Virus record (IMG/VR): IMGVR_UViG_3300042547_000432
Strand: one strand, 5' to 3'
DNA length: 64,000 bases
From: a virus
The position numbers and the translations under genes were made by a program. The notes under the pieces are model-generated. The model was not told where the DNA came from. It did not search any database and saw only the letters and a program-made list of their open reading frames with translations. This document shows positions 40,701-48,951 of this stretch, piece after piece; the first letter of the stretch is position 1, and each line of letters opens with the position of its first letter.

Positions 40701-43700
40701 GAAGTTAACTGCGAAGTGATACTGGCGGAGAAATAATCAAAAAATGTGTATATACCAAAAGAAGATAAAAGAGAAGATACTGGTTTTCCTTTTACACTAG
40801 AAACTTCCGCTAAAATATCCTTACCACCAGAATTAGTGTAGTCAATATCTACAATACTTCCGATAGAAAAATTTGACGGGGAAGAAAAAACAGAAACATC
40901 GGAGACAGAACCTGTTGTGATATCTTCAACGAAAGCTACTACCCCATCTCCATTATTTTCAGTTCTACTTGTTCTTAATCGAGTAATGTTGTTGGGTAAA
41001 TCATCTTGTGAGATAGTTTTATTGTAATTAGAATCTACAGGAATAGAATAGTAATTTTTCCCCAAGAAATAAGGATATGCTGGTACATTATTAGACTCTA
41101 TAGTTAGAAAATAGGCATACACTCCATCTGGATAATCTGGAGTAACACAAAATCTTCCGTTATTTTCATCCAAATCTCCGAAACGATGAGAATATTCATA
41201 ATCTTCAATAAACGATCCCAAAGCATACGCATTTGTTGATGGTCCCCCTGGTCTGTTTATTTTTAATCTATAACTAGAACGCATTCTAGTAATGGGTGAC
41301 TGTGGATTTCCTGGTGTCTGATATCCATATGGACCATATATTGGATTACCATCATAAGCATAACCAATAATTGGAGAATGTGTTAATGTTGATGCGACAT
41401 TACCGACATTATCTAAATTGTCGTTTAAAGCAACCCTTAAATCTTTTGGATTTGCGACATGAGAATATCCATATCCAAACGCTAAATTGTTGTTGATAAA
41501 ATAATGCCCATAATTATTATCTAAGTTTGTCTTTAGTTTCTCAAATCTATTTTTTGTCCAAGTTCTAACAACAGAAATTGCCTGTGCTCCAGAACCAATA
41601 GATTGAATTTCGATAGTTGTTGTTCGTGGATCATAAAACTTTCCTTCATTATTTTTGACAAATCCCGTGAGCTGACCTTCATCAGAAATTACAGCAGTGA
41701 AATCAGCGAATCTTCCTTTTCCTGAAGAATCTTTAACTACAACTCGTGGAGCGGTTGTATAGTACTCACCAGCGTTTGTTATTTTTATACTTGTAATTCT
41801 ACCATTCGTGATGATTGGTTCTACAGTAGCATTTCTTCCTGAAGTTATAACTATTGTAGGAACGGGTGGGAAAAATCCACTTCCAGCACCAATAACATCA
41901 ATTCTATCAATTGTGTCTCCAGATAATACCGCTTGAACGTTTGCTACTCCGCTAACTCCAGCACTATCAATCACCAAAACCTTTGGTGGGTTTAAATATC
42001 CACTACCTTTGTTAGTTACTTGAATATTTGTGATCTCGCCAAAAGTTATTGTTTCTTCGTCTTTTACACCTCTTATGGGAACACCATTGATCAATACACC
42101 GACATCTTTATTACTGGTTTCGTAAATCTCTGTAGTTCTTGTGGGAGTTTTTCTGATTAATTTTAAGTGTTTTTGGTCAGCAAGAGTAATATTCCATGTA
42201 TTCTTACCAATATTGTAATTAGGATACCCAGAAGAAGCAATATAATAATACTGTTCGTCTTCATAAACAGCGGAAACATTTACTGGTACTTCCGCTAATG
42301 AAGTTATAGAAGAAAATGTGTTGTTTTCATTTAATAACCAACGAATACTATTTGTTTGCTTTCTGAAAATGATTGGATTTTTTGTTTCAAATCCAGATGG
42401 AGCAATCTGAATAGAATCTCCAACAGAAGAATATGGAGTTGGAGTTTTTTGGTCTAAATTATATAAAATACCTAAAATCAATAAACCCTTTGTTTGAGTA
42501 GCTCCTGTACTATCAATATAAGAAACAGAAACATTAGATTTCTCATATACAGGAGTATTTGCTGAATATGTTATTGGGTTTGAACCCCTTGATTCAATAA
42601 TAAATTGATTTACTGTTTTTGATCTAAATTTTACGATTTCTGTACCGACAACAAACTGCCCGCTTGTATTTTTCCACCCAGCAGTTGAATATACATTTAC
42701 TCTATTATTTGTAGAAGCGGTGGATAACAGTGGTGAGGTTAGGTATGTTTGCGAAATTACAGAAAATTGACCTATTACACTGGATTCTGCGAGGATAACC
42801 TCGTAAAATCCCTCACCAATAGAAATAATATTATCAATAACAGCAGAAGCATAAAGAATAGAAGAATTACTGGGATCTTCTACTTGATTAATCCTGGAAC
42901 CAATTAATTGACGAATATCTGATACACTTCCTAAGATTTTAACTTTTAGCGAATAATTATTAATCCATTCGCCGCTCGAAGCTTTGTATGTTGAGTCTTT
43001 TGGATACCAAACCGTAGGGTCATTTGGTAAATCTGATGGAACTAAAGAATTGAATAAAAACTTGATTGATGACTCTGTTCCCTTAGCAGCATAAAACTTT
43101 TTGATATTCTTGATCAATAAAGATTTGTCTGCTGTTGTTTTAAGATTTGCTTCTGGGAAAGATGACAAATATTCTTTTTCAAAATTTTTAACTAAAGAAT
43201 ATAGAAAAAGATTACTGATATTAAGGACAACATCTCCAGACAAAAATCCTACCGTTGTTGGTGTTCCTACACCAACTTGATTGTTTGGAACTGACTTAAA
43301 ATCAATCGAAGAATAAAGATCACCTAGTTTAGTTGCTGCGCTTACATTTCTGTAACAGTTTACGAATGAAGTAGCAGTTTTGGTTTTGTAAAAAATAACT
43401 TCGCTGCCAATCAGAACATATCCATTTGTACTTGGGAATGAAGAAGTATTTTCTACTAAAATCGTAGTATCTGTTGGTAATACGTTTTGCGTTAGAACAG
43501 TTTCTTGACGTAATAAATCGTGAGCATAAGTATCAATATCACGATACTTAACTACGTTATTAACTAAATCAAGAGGTTGTCCTGGCAACTCAAGTTGTTC
43601 ATAATATTTCTGTATGAACGCAGAAAATTTAGGGTACTCAGATGCTATAAAATCTGGTAACTGATGATCAACGAGAGCAGAAAGACTTTTTACTTTGGAT

Positions 43701-43705
43701 GCCAT
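34757..43705 (-). CDS. gp7: Baseplate wedge initiator gp7 (2982 aa)
   Basis: SLSALVDHQLPDFIASEYPKF; IKKFYAAKGTESSIKFLF; a YHYH-like HSPIIGYAYDGNPIYGPYGY block; DSNFYQDYSYVIRS..HPAGFKLFGE. Lies between gp6 and gp8. Confidence 0.88.
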   Translation of the reverse strand: MASKVKSLSALVDHQLPDFIASEYPKFSAFIQKYYEQLELPGQPLDLVNNVVKYRDIDTYAHDLLRQETVLTQNVLPTDTTILVENTSSFPSTNGYVLIGSEVIFYKTKTATSFVNCYRNVSAATKLGDLYSSIDFKSVPNNQVGVGTPTTVGFLSGDVVLNISNLFLYSLVKNFEKEYLSSFPEANLKTTADKSLLIKNIKKFYAAKGTESSIKFLFNSLVPSDLPNDPTVWYPKDSTYKASSGEWINNYSLKVKILGSVSDIRQLIGSRINQVEDPSNSSILYASAVIDNIISIGEGFYEVILAESSVIGQFSVISQTYLTSPLLSTASTNNRVNVYSTAGWKNTSGQFVVGTEIVKFRSKTVNQFIIESRGSNPITYSANTPVYEKSNVSVSYIDSTGATQTKGLLILGILYNLDQKTPTPYSSVGDSIQIAPSGFETKNPIIFRKQTNSIRWLLNENNTFSSITSLAEVPVNVSAVYEDEQYYYIASSGYPNYNIGKNTWNITLADQKHLKLIRKTPTRTTEIYETSNKDVGVLINGVPIRGVKDEETITFGEITNIQVTNKGSGYLNPPKVLVIDSAGVSGVANVQAVLSGDTIDRIDVIGAGSGFFPPVPTIVITSGRNATVEPIITNGRITSIKITNAGEYYTTAPRVVVKDSSGKGRFADFTAVISDEGQLTGFVKNNEGKFYDPRTTTIEIQSIGSGAQAISVVRTWTKNRFEKLKTNLDNNYGHYFINNNLAFGYGYSHVANPKDLRVALNDNLDNVGNVASTLTHSPIIGYAYDGNPIYGPYGYQTPGNPQSPITRMRSSYRLKINRPGGPSTNAYALGSFIEDYEYSHRFGDLDENNGRFCVTPDYPDGVYAYFLTIESNNVPAYPYFLGKNYYSIPVDSNYNKTISQDDLPNNITRLRTSRTENNGDGVVAFVEDITTGSVSDVSVFSSPSNFSIGSIVDIDYTNSGGKDILAEVSSVKGKPVSSLLSSFGIYTFFDYFSASITSQLTSTGITNYPVNVGGLGFSITIDAKDIPDYNLNTTDVLLRDGSILVLLPPSLDKCVKITTESPCYLYDGDTLTQSGTFASGKIIGNVFNGKTIILKEVTKNFEPSNTNFATSSIEVVNLVVDKISSYTADSEIFLTNGKQAIILSTSSNKINLASNTFVNGEPIIFSSAFAGLLTNKIYYVVNSSPTNFQVATTPNGPALLLPDISSPGSVVLSQRGYGVVLESTDQKNICKVRVQRGNFDVDATYFLRTNNLRDTVGSRIVQKIPLSSGIKVLTSTDKIAVLKTTENHGVSVNENIIVDIIPDDFNTTTTVYTRKRIYQKVKLSTPFYNKTLVDSGVGRIILLNSGSDYAYDTSGNSTLTNVELIFVDQTKCRGETGQIVSNISESVIGNPGNQNNARATLTVTNGLITSIIITSKGKFYKKGDILTISPSSGYQNPLSSSARSLLVEVDHAGFASSNTKLFLNEITSISNGDYLKIDSEIMEVVSINANENSVVVLRGQKNTIAADHIFNRIVSSESPQYKLGFNYQLGTTVADPFVDSYDPETGELVLTFESGNTITTINPITSSSFFYDQNTPRKLVGVVDVIESPKFKFEFSYDNVNWRKNPVIPIQKFYKYKFDTSHPSLAGSFLEFSPSGNLNILTNEVEKSIEKPGFANSFISLKIGFGANISSNNFSDKKISEFTNYYFYDKNNIIDSEKAYLRLIDDPLQGEHRIIYTTPSEMVYEVSNYPQYSGYGIISYTTTSTNAVGQINTIKLVNSGNSMSSVPVVAGVRPAASSECTVNIEWNPQTQSIIGVSIINPGRNYSKPKAIVVNGDGRNAVFDIRKSTDNSIAAVILVNGGTGFTYKPEVRIIETDVKLYFESTNIGIPKKVSIIQNGKAFNADYTTKRKITSHRILILKDFPEKAFFEGEIVEQYDGSVLIAKGYVSKDGWKEGSNILKLNRVEGEFRNNFQITGKTQLKTAKVTSSFVGEFNYDIKSYYDNLGYYASDKSKLSTSSQKLTDSNFYQDYSYVIRSRTPIDIWRALIKASTHPAGFKLFGEVFIESDAIARMKPNPPSLDSVSTIQLWDPQKNKVTVQNTYRTVTQSILNSSFMDVQRGKGALFVNSFDDAETSSFEIVLDPPFNGYFDSNGNRAGNKIFTMKILGSNNPVAVPQQENLVISLDGILQQPGLAFTVSNTQITFKEAPLGYRNNQGQSITPSQYVEGVDTPSQKFVGKILRYKDTTVNSQFFKKIKNISNQFDGVKTTFQLIDDSNNNIVLESGNNLLVTIDGVLQTAGITPTFPIDRSYYIRRTVTPNEIVFIEPPKSGQVFGAYSISSYEIAEIDTSLVDGITYGPFIMRRVINKKPLEVFIDNNILVFVDRVLQKKTKDYSIQGSSIRFTNPPLPGQKIVILYYYGRSVSTSITAFNYEEDTYFNLIKIDLNYVPPLAQYADRICYQGTSTTNYTAIGKAKGVSVTNTGSILYIESQNAPFDPSKNITIINGLASGLGDLTIPSSSIISVSDFERDDETLGILQKTNSGWLIGSSISRTSPNFIDIGDRIRVDGEKSYRKILSLPQKVFKTQYNSNSSIANNFFGRLSVTPNEEVGRGEGLSVTASIQNGSVTQLEWNDRNYSQYGLSRIQPGAYGYENAPKLIFVPQPLRDEGGTIISPAQGGGASGFAVESKGEIIDIILTNGGSGYLTPPRVYVAKGFDIIKNPEKKVTTKVELTFFPEIKTTLLVSALINLEYGFAVHEAESIISPTELLEPSRVITTGIHPLFETIPVADVKYDSSRSETQFNILISPNSVVSLKNQIVVNVHTLWENVKSTSVNSVKQEIVKSIPTGFSDTYAEPGISIVSFAPLTLGSTLKKFENGAFNDMGYLQLGGISLDQFDRLYGDITIEDFEVRSMSSKGVTEETLMNLGYGSTNELGAYLQMPLTTSSTIIYVANTNGFPSSGKLLVGDEIVTYTSKLVDRFIGVLRGQNNTTAKTHDAGDYLRTTN

Positions 43706-43711
43706 TTACTT

Positions 43712-45517
43712 CTATTCTTGAATTAGTGTAAAAGAACTCTTTTCAATGTCTACATCAAGATAAATTTGACGCTTTGCGATAATATCATTATATTGTGGTT
43801 TTAATCTTATTTCTATTTTGTTGTCGGAGAATGATCCCTTGATGATATTTAAATTATATAATCTGACATCACCTTTCGCATAATCAATTTCGCCTTGTTC
43901 AGAATTTAGGACTATCTTATCACCAGTTTGCGAATCTAAGCGATATAAAACTACTTTGGAACCTCTATCCTCAAGGTAAACAATATTATTTGGATATTGC
44001 TGAACAACAAATCCAGTAGACACTAAAGTTTGTGTATCAATGTCATCATCAAATGGATTACTCAAGCAAAATTCATAATAAGCACTACTATTTAATGCTG
44101 GATAAAAATCTTTTCTCATGATAACATCAGTCAAATTAGATTTGATTGCCTTTTCAGAAGCATCAATTGTGCTAATTGCTTTACTGTATCTAAATTTGCC
44201 ACCAAATTTTTCAGTATCTGATAACTGAATATACTTAGTTAAATTAGAGATAACTTTTTCCTTAAGTTGATTTGAATTTAAGTTTGTTGAGGACTGGTCA
44301 TAATAGACTCTCGAATTCAATTCTACAAAAATAATTGAAGGGTCAACAATTTCAGGAGTGACAGCAGCCACCGCATATTTTTTAATTTCTTGTAGAATTA
44401 AATTTTTGGTGTACGATGAAAGAAAACTTAACTCTCTTGGTTTGATTGATACCTTTACTTTTCCATATTCAGGTGGATTATCTTCTTCGCCACCATATGA
44501 AATAATATCAGCGATTGCTGGGTATATTCTTCTTACAATCGCTTCATAGTCTAGTGTCGTAACAGCACGATTCTGCGCTCCAAAACTCGCTGGAGCGTTC
44601 TGTTTGATGCTTTCTATACTTTCTATGCCAGCGCCACCAAACGCCTTCGTGAGCGTTGTAACGTTATTAACAGCAACGGTGAAATTGGTATTTCCAGCAA
44701 CGTCTGCGATTAGACCGTTGTATGTAAAAACAGAAGCTCCATTCGTCGCATCGGCGTTTGTTGTTAAGTAACTTATTTCAATAACTTGACCAGCAATGAG
44801 TTTCTTACCAAAAATTCCGTCGCCAAATGTAATCTTATAATTTTCATCTTCAACTTCAGTGACAAAATATGTCGGAGAAGTGGCGCCAACATTTAAAATA
44901 TTATCTGACTGTACAAATTTTTGAAAAGAAGAGGAATTAGAACTCTCATAAACATTGATTCTAATTGATGAGGTATCAATGTTTTGGTTTTGTAAAAGTA
45001 CGCTATATGAACCAGTATAAGCAGGAACAGTATATGTGTTTGAAATGTATAGTCCCTCGTAAATTTTAACGTCTGTGAAATTTACAGTATTGTCGGGCAA
45101 AACATTTGCCTGTACATCATCAAGTAAAACATATTGATATACAGTTTCATCTATATTTGTTAAAAATGAATTTCCTCTTTTTAAAAATACAGATTGTGGC
45201 AAGTTAACTCCACTTAGAATAATATTCAGATTTACAGCAGCTGATGCTGCCACCGCTGAACGTGGAGTGTAACCCAATTCTTTTGCTCTCGCAACAACAT
45301 TATCTCTTAAAGTTGCTGAGTCAAGAAAAGTCTCATTAACGCTCATGTTAGCGTTAAATGATGTGTAATACGTGTTATATGCCAACACGTCAAGCAATGT
45401 TCCAAGGGTTGATCCCTCGAAGTCATAATCAGTAAATTCAGAATTCGCTCTCAGATAATCTCTAAGAGCATTTTTTATTTCAAAATAATCTAAACTTGTT
45501 AACTGATTATATGCCAT
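43712..45517 (-). CDS. gp6: Baseplate wedge subunit gp6
   Basis: LDYFEIKNALRDYL...FTDYDFEGS.L..LLDVLAYNTYY..FNANM..NETFLDSATLRDNVV; QNRAVT..DYE. Confidence 0.93.
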   Translation of the reverse strand: MAYNQLTSLDYFEIKNALRDYLRANSEFTDYDFEGSTLGTLLDVLAYNTYYTSFNANMSVNETFLDSATLRDNVVARAKELGYTPRSAVAASAAVNLNIILSGVNLPQSVFLKRGNSFLTNIDETVYQYVLLDDVQANVLPDNTVNFTDVKIYEGLYISNTYTVPAYTGSYSVLLQNQNIDTSSIRINVYESSNSSSFQKFVQSDNILNVGATSPTYFVTEVEDENYKITFGDGIFGKKLIAGQVIEISYLTTNADATNGASVFTYNGLIADVAGNTNFTVAVNNVTTLTKAFGGAGIESIESIKQNAPASFGAQNRAVTTLDYEAIVRRIYPAIADIISYGGEEDNPPEYGKVKVSIKPRELSFLSSYTKNLILQEIKKYAVAAVTPEIVDPSIIFVELNSRVYYDQSSTNLNSNQLKEKVISNLTKYIQLSDTEKFGGKFRYSKAISTIDASEKAIKSNLTDVIMRKDFYPALNSSAYYEFCLSNPFDDDIDTQTLVSTGFVVQQYPNNIVYLEDRGSKVVLYRLDSQTGDKIVLNSEQGEIDYAKGDVRLYNLNIIKGSFSDNKIEIRLKPQYNDIIAKRQIYLDVDIEKSSFTLIQE

Positions 45518-45912
45518 TAGACTCTAGTTCTTTCTAGGAAGAGGGTAATACTGTCGGTTTTTTCTGGTAATCCAACAATAGAGTAATCAATCTCTACGTC
45601 ATACCCATCATCACTATCATTTATATCAACACTTACTGAGTTTAATAGCACTCTTGGTTCAAACGCATTGATGGTATATTCGATTTCTTCTCTAATAGAA
45701 GTGGCATTAATGAAATCTAATGGTTCAAATAGTAGTTGGGTGATGCGACTGCCAATATTTGGATTGAAAAATCTTTCACCAGGGTAAGTGGTCAAGAGAT
45801 TTTCGACGGATTTTTTAATCGCAACGAAATCCTTGACCACCATAAGATCATTTGTAATAGGATTTTTAGCAAATGTAATGCTAAGATCTTTAAATGACCT
45901 ACTTTCAGGCAT
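45517..45912 (-). CDS. gp25: Baseplate wedge subunit gp25
   Basis: SFKDLSITF..NPITNDL....AIKKSVENLL.T.PGERFFNP.IGS..LLFEP..INAFEPRV. Confidence 0.93.
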   Translation of the reverse strand: MPESRSFKDLSITFAKNPITNDLMVVKDFVAIKKSVENLLTTYPGERFFNPNIGSRITQLLFEPLDFINATSIREEIEYTINAFEPRVLLNSVSVDINDSDDGYDVEIDYSIVGLPEKTDSITLFLERTRV

Positions 45913-45933
45913 GAGAATACTCTATTTTATTAT

Positions 45934-45941
45934 TATTTATA
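45934..45941 (-). promoter_or_regulatory. T4 late promoter TATAAATA
   Basis: Exact octamer 22 nt upstream of gp25. Confidence 0.8.
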
Positions 45942-45949
45942 CCCCATTC

Positions 45950-46141
45950 TCAATGCCAACGCTCCACATAATCATCAAATCCACCCTTGCCCCCACAAGG
46001 TCTAGACATTCTATCTTCTGGTGGGTTGTTTTTTCTTGAGTTATTTGTCGGAGTCATCGCTCCATAGTCTGTAATTAGCTTTGTAGTACCCCAATTTTCT
46101 TTCATAAACGAAATATCGCGGTCTACTTGATATTTTGCCAT
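45950..46141 (-). CDS. Hypothetical protein (cyanophage-type, CGGKGGFDDYVERWH)
   Basis: ORF track; fits the operon context. Confidence 0.55.
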   Translation of the reverse strand: MAKYQVDRDISFMKENWGTTKLITDYGAMTPTNNSRKNNPPEDRMSRPCGGKGGFDDYVERWH

Positions 46142-46186
46142 CTGTTTTTCTCCAAAAAGGTTAAAACAGAACTTTTTACGGGGTTC

Positions 46187-46846
46187 CTATCCCGTTATAT
46201 CTTTTTCTTCGGTAGTTTTCCAAAAATATTCATCGGTATCCCCCAATCTTCCCCACTTCAGACCAATCTCAGTGCGATAAAACCGAGTAGATATCTTAAA
46301 ATCGGGAGTTTTGGGTACTTCTGGCGTCCTAGACGGACTATAAACGCGCATACGATTGTTAGGATACAAGACAAATTGCCCATTTTCTAACAAAATACAG
46401 TTGTGAGACTTGTGCTCTTCGGGCAATTCACTTGTTCCACAGTCAATTTTGTCGTTGTATGGGTGATAATTGTCTAAGCTAAACAAATATTGCCCGCGCA
46501 ACTGACCAAAATCGCGGGTGAAGACCTCAAAATCCAGTTCTCCAATGTGTTTTTTCTGTACACAGACGACTCCATAGCTCATACAATCCCAAAATTGTAG
46601 ATTTTGAAGGTTCATATCTGGGTTTGGAGTCTGCGGAGAACCACAAAATGCGCTAATTGGTAGTTTATCGTAGAGTGCTCCGTATTCTGGGAGGTACGTT
46701 TCAAAATAAAAAGCACGCCCAGGTATGCTTTTCGCACATACCCAGACGCCCTCTACAAATTCACCATGACCATCTTGTAGGTCTCGCAAATATTCTTTAC
46801 GAACCCAGACCTTTTGAGGTGGCAGATTGGTGATTAATTGACTCAT
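46187..46846 (-). CDS. Conserved cyanomyophage hypothetical protein (219 aa)
   Basis: NLPPQKVWVRKEYL.D...G.GEF..GVW...KSIPGRAF.FE...PEYGA.YDKLPISAF; EHKSHNCILLENGQF..YPNNR. Confidence 0.75.
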   Translation of the reverse strand: MSQLITNLPPQKVWVRKEYLRDLQDGHGEFVEGVWVCAKSIPGRAFYFETYLPEYGALYDKLPISAFCGSPQTPNPDMNLQNLQFWDCMSYGVVCVQKKHIGELDFEVFTRDFGQLRGQYLFSLDNYHPYNDKIDCGTSELPEEHKSHNCILLENGQFVLYPNNRMRVYSPSRTPEVPKTPDFKISTRFYRTEIGLKWGRLGDTDEYFWKTTEEKDITG

Positions 46847-46849
46847 TTT

Positions 46850-46993
46850 TTATGAACCCTGCCCACGATAGCGTTTTTTGCGTCCATTACGTGAGGATGC
46901 AGCAAGATTTGTATTTTTACTGCGACCTTGACGAGTACACTTAGGTTTTCCAGGGACATAACTTGACTTGTTGAAACTTGTTGTTTTTGCCAT
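46850..46993 (-). CDS. Small basic protein (47 aa, not in the ORF track)
   Basis: Hand translation: MAKTTSFNKSSYVPGKPKCTRQGRSKNTNLAASSRNGRKKRYRGQGS. It fills the gap after the PAAR gene. Confidence 0.6.
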   Translation of the reverse strand: MAKTTSFNKSSYVPGKPKCTRQGRSKNTNLAASSRNGRKKRYRGQGS

Positions 46994-46999
46994 AATACA

Positions 47000-47344
47000 T
47001 TAATTCGAAAATACGTTACTTGTGACGGAGACAATTTTAATATTGTTCGCAATATTTAGTTGATCTCCGATATGTGCGATAGGTTGCTTCATGTGAAACA
47101 CTGTGCCATCGGCTTTTACTACTCTTTCGACGGAGCATGTAGATGAAGGATTCGTACATGTGTTGCCTTGAGAAGGACTCAAAGATTCTCCATTTACCAT
47201 TACAGGAATTTTGTTGACATAAACTTTGTTACTACTTCCAGTTCCAGATAGTTCTCTCGGTGGAACTTGACAAGGGGTTGGGCATGTGCTTCCACTGTCA
47301 GATCCCCTATACGTTGCTACTGGTCTTCCTTTTCCTGCTGCCAT
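47000..47344 (-). CDS. PAAR-like spike tip protein (gp5.4-like)
   Basis: Cys pairs, GSSNKVYVNKIPV, PIAHIGD and a terminal SNVFSN; length about 114 aa. Confidence 0.7.
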   Translation of the reverse strand: MAAGKGRPVATYRGSDSGSTCPTPCQVPPRELSGTGSSNKVYVNKIPVMVNGESLSPSQGNTCTNPSSTCSVERVVKADGTVFHMKQPIAHIGDQLNIANNIKIVSVTSNVFSN

Positions 47345-47657
47345 TTGAACATTTTGTTCCTTTCAATTTATTTAGTTTGTCATACAAATCATCCAAAGCC
47401 TCATTGAGTTTTACATAATCCTCCCCTTCGGGTGGTTTGTACATGATAATGAATGGATCTGGTAGTTTTGTAAGGCGTTCTTCAATTTTTCTTATTCTTT
47501 TTTCTAGGCTTTGAAGTTGATTCTCCAAAACCCTGACCTGCTGATTCGTTTCGGATGTCAACAATTTGCTTAAGCTCGTCCTCCAAACTTGATTGTTCAT
47601 CCATCGTCTCTCCAAATGTTGCTGTGTCGGTGTAAATAAGTTCGCCAGTCTTATCAA
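47307..47657 (-). CDS. Coiled-coil hypothetical protein (true start probably TTG near 47561)
   Basis: Heptads LENQLQSLEKRIRKIEERL, then YKPPEGEDY.KL.E.LD.LY. Confidence 0.5.
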   Translation of the reverse strand: MIRLANLFTPTQQHLERRWMNNQVWRTSLSKLLTSETNQQVRVLENQLQSLEKRIRKIEERLTKLPDPFIIMYKPPEGEDYVKLNEALDDLYDKLNKLKGTKCSNGSRKRKTSSNV

Positions 47658-47826
47658 ATGTTGAAATCTCTAAAGAATCATCAGCATCATACAAACCATT
47701 ATACCACTTATCCGCTAAAGTTAACATGTGATCTGCTAATTTGTCATAATCATTAAATGATTGATCATCAATCACTTCACCGTTCTTGCCGATGATTTTG
47801 TACTGTATGGTTTTATCTTCAGTCAT
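47482..47826 (-). CDS. Acidic hypothetical protein
   Basis: Likely start MTEDKTIQ at 47826. Confidence 0.5.
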   Translation of the reverse strand: MTEDKTIQYKIIGKNGEVIDDQSFNDYDKLADHMLTLADKWYNGLYDADDSLEISTFDKTGELIYTDTATFGETMDEQSSLEDELKQIVDIRNESAGQGFGESTSKPRKKNKKN

Positions 47827-48016
47827 TTTCTTCGCTTTCGTCAAAAAATTCGTCAACTTTTTCCAATGAAACTGAACCGTCTTTGTTCACTCTCCATTCT
47901 ATTACATTACCTTCTTCCCAACCAACGGATTGAACAAGTTCGTCAGGTAACGTAAGAAAATATTCATCAAAATCTTCGTTGTATTCTACAGTTGTTTCGT
48001 ATACTTTTGGTGTCAT
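47819..48016 (-). CDS. AbrB/MazE-like swapped-hairpin DNA-binding protein
   Basis: FLTLPDELVQSVGWEEGNVIEWRVNKDGSVSLEKV matches the LP.E....LGW.EGD.L...V.DG.I.L pattern. Confidence 0.6.
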   Translation of the reverse strand: MTPKVYETTVEYNEDFDEYFLTLPDELVQSVGWEEGNVIEWRVNKDGSVSLEKVDEFFDESEEND

Positions 48017-48210
48017 AATTGTAACATAACTGACTTTATATAGTTAGTAAAAATATAAAATATGTTGCCTAAGCATACGTTGCTGTAAATATTCCAAAGC
48101 ATTGTAAAAAGCAACCGAGTGAAATTTCAAATGTCTCTGAGATCCTCGGTTGCCAAATACAACGATTGTAAATTCTCGTTCGCTTACTAATACGTGAGTA
48201 ACTTGCTCCA

Positions 48211-48624
48211 TCAGCAGTCGGAAGATTCTACATCAAAGAACAAAAACAAATTGATGCGTTTCTGACGACAGCGATTCGGTTGAGTATTAATTACAGTTGG
48301 AGGGACAACTACAGGACCACCAGATCCTTGAAAGAAACTCGGCGGGTGGTATTGAATCTGAGATTGAGGTGCGTACTGAGCAACGTTAACGTAGTTTTGG
48401 CGTAGTTTGCCATACCTACGAATAAGATCTGCTTCTACCTGTTTCATATTCTGAGTGATGCCAGGTCCAGGGCTGATGCGAATCTTACCGCCGTCTGGGG
48501 TGTTATATACAGCACCTTGGGGTTTATCAGACCATTCGGTAGCATACTGTTGGGCAATAGCATGAGAGCTCAAAGGAAATGCGATGGTCGAAGCCATGGC
48601 ACTCGCAATTACGAAGTGTTTCAT
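48211..48624 (-). CDS. Signal-peptide-bearing hypothetical protein
   Basis: MKHFVIASAMASTIAFPLSSHA signal-like N-terminus. Confidence 0.55.
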   Translation of the reverse strand: MKHFVIASAMASTIAFPLSSHAIAQQYATEWSDKPQGAVYNTPDGGKIRISPGPGITQNMKQVEADLIRRYGKLRQNYVNVAQYAPQSQIQYHPPSFFQGSGGPVVVPPTVINTQPNRCRQKRINLFLFFDVESSDC

Positions 48625-48916
48625 AGTCTTATTGATTTCTTGCTTTTATCCTAACAGGTTTTCTGGGACTTGTCAAGCTTTCTGTGAGCATCTTCAAAAG
48701 TTCTTTGAGGACTATGAAGATATACGAAAACTCTTCGCTTGGCGTGGTTCGAGTACTTAGAGGTTTTTGAGTCATTTTTTTGTGGGAAAAATTTTTTTTA
48801 TGAAAGCGAAAACAGTCGAGCGTTTTCAAAGTTTTGTAGGTTAATAGTATCTATCAATTTTGGTATCGCTCGGCCGCGCCGTTATAACGATAACGTTATA
48901 AAATAACTGTCCGAGT

Positions 48917-48935
48917 GCCCCCCTGCTCGGGGGGC
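48917..48935 (-). terminator. GC hairpin closing the GC-rich island transcript
   Basis: GCCCCCC-TGCTC-GGGGGGC 7-bp stem, 16 nt after the HicA-like stop codon; the U-tract is weak. Confidence 0.5.
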
Positions 48936-48951
48936 GTGGTAGGATGGCGGG

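Noticed and set aside
987-46390. Many 60-140 aa ORFs overlapping the giant structural genes
   Set aside because: They are antisense or off-frame shadows with no RBS, promoter or motif support.
46843-47052. 69-aa ORF from the track
   Set aside because: The alternative frame 46850..46993 fits between its neighbours without overlap and looks like a conserved basic peptide.
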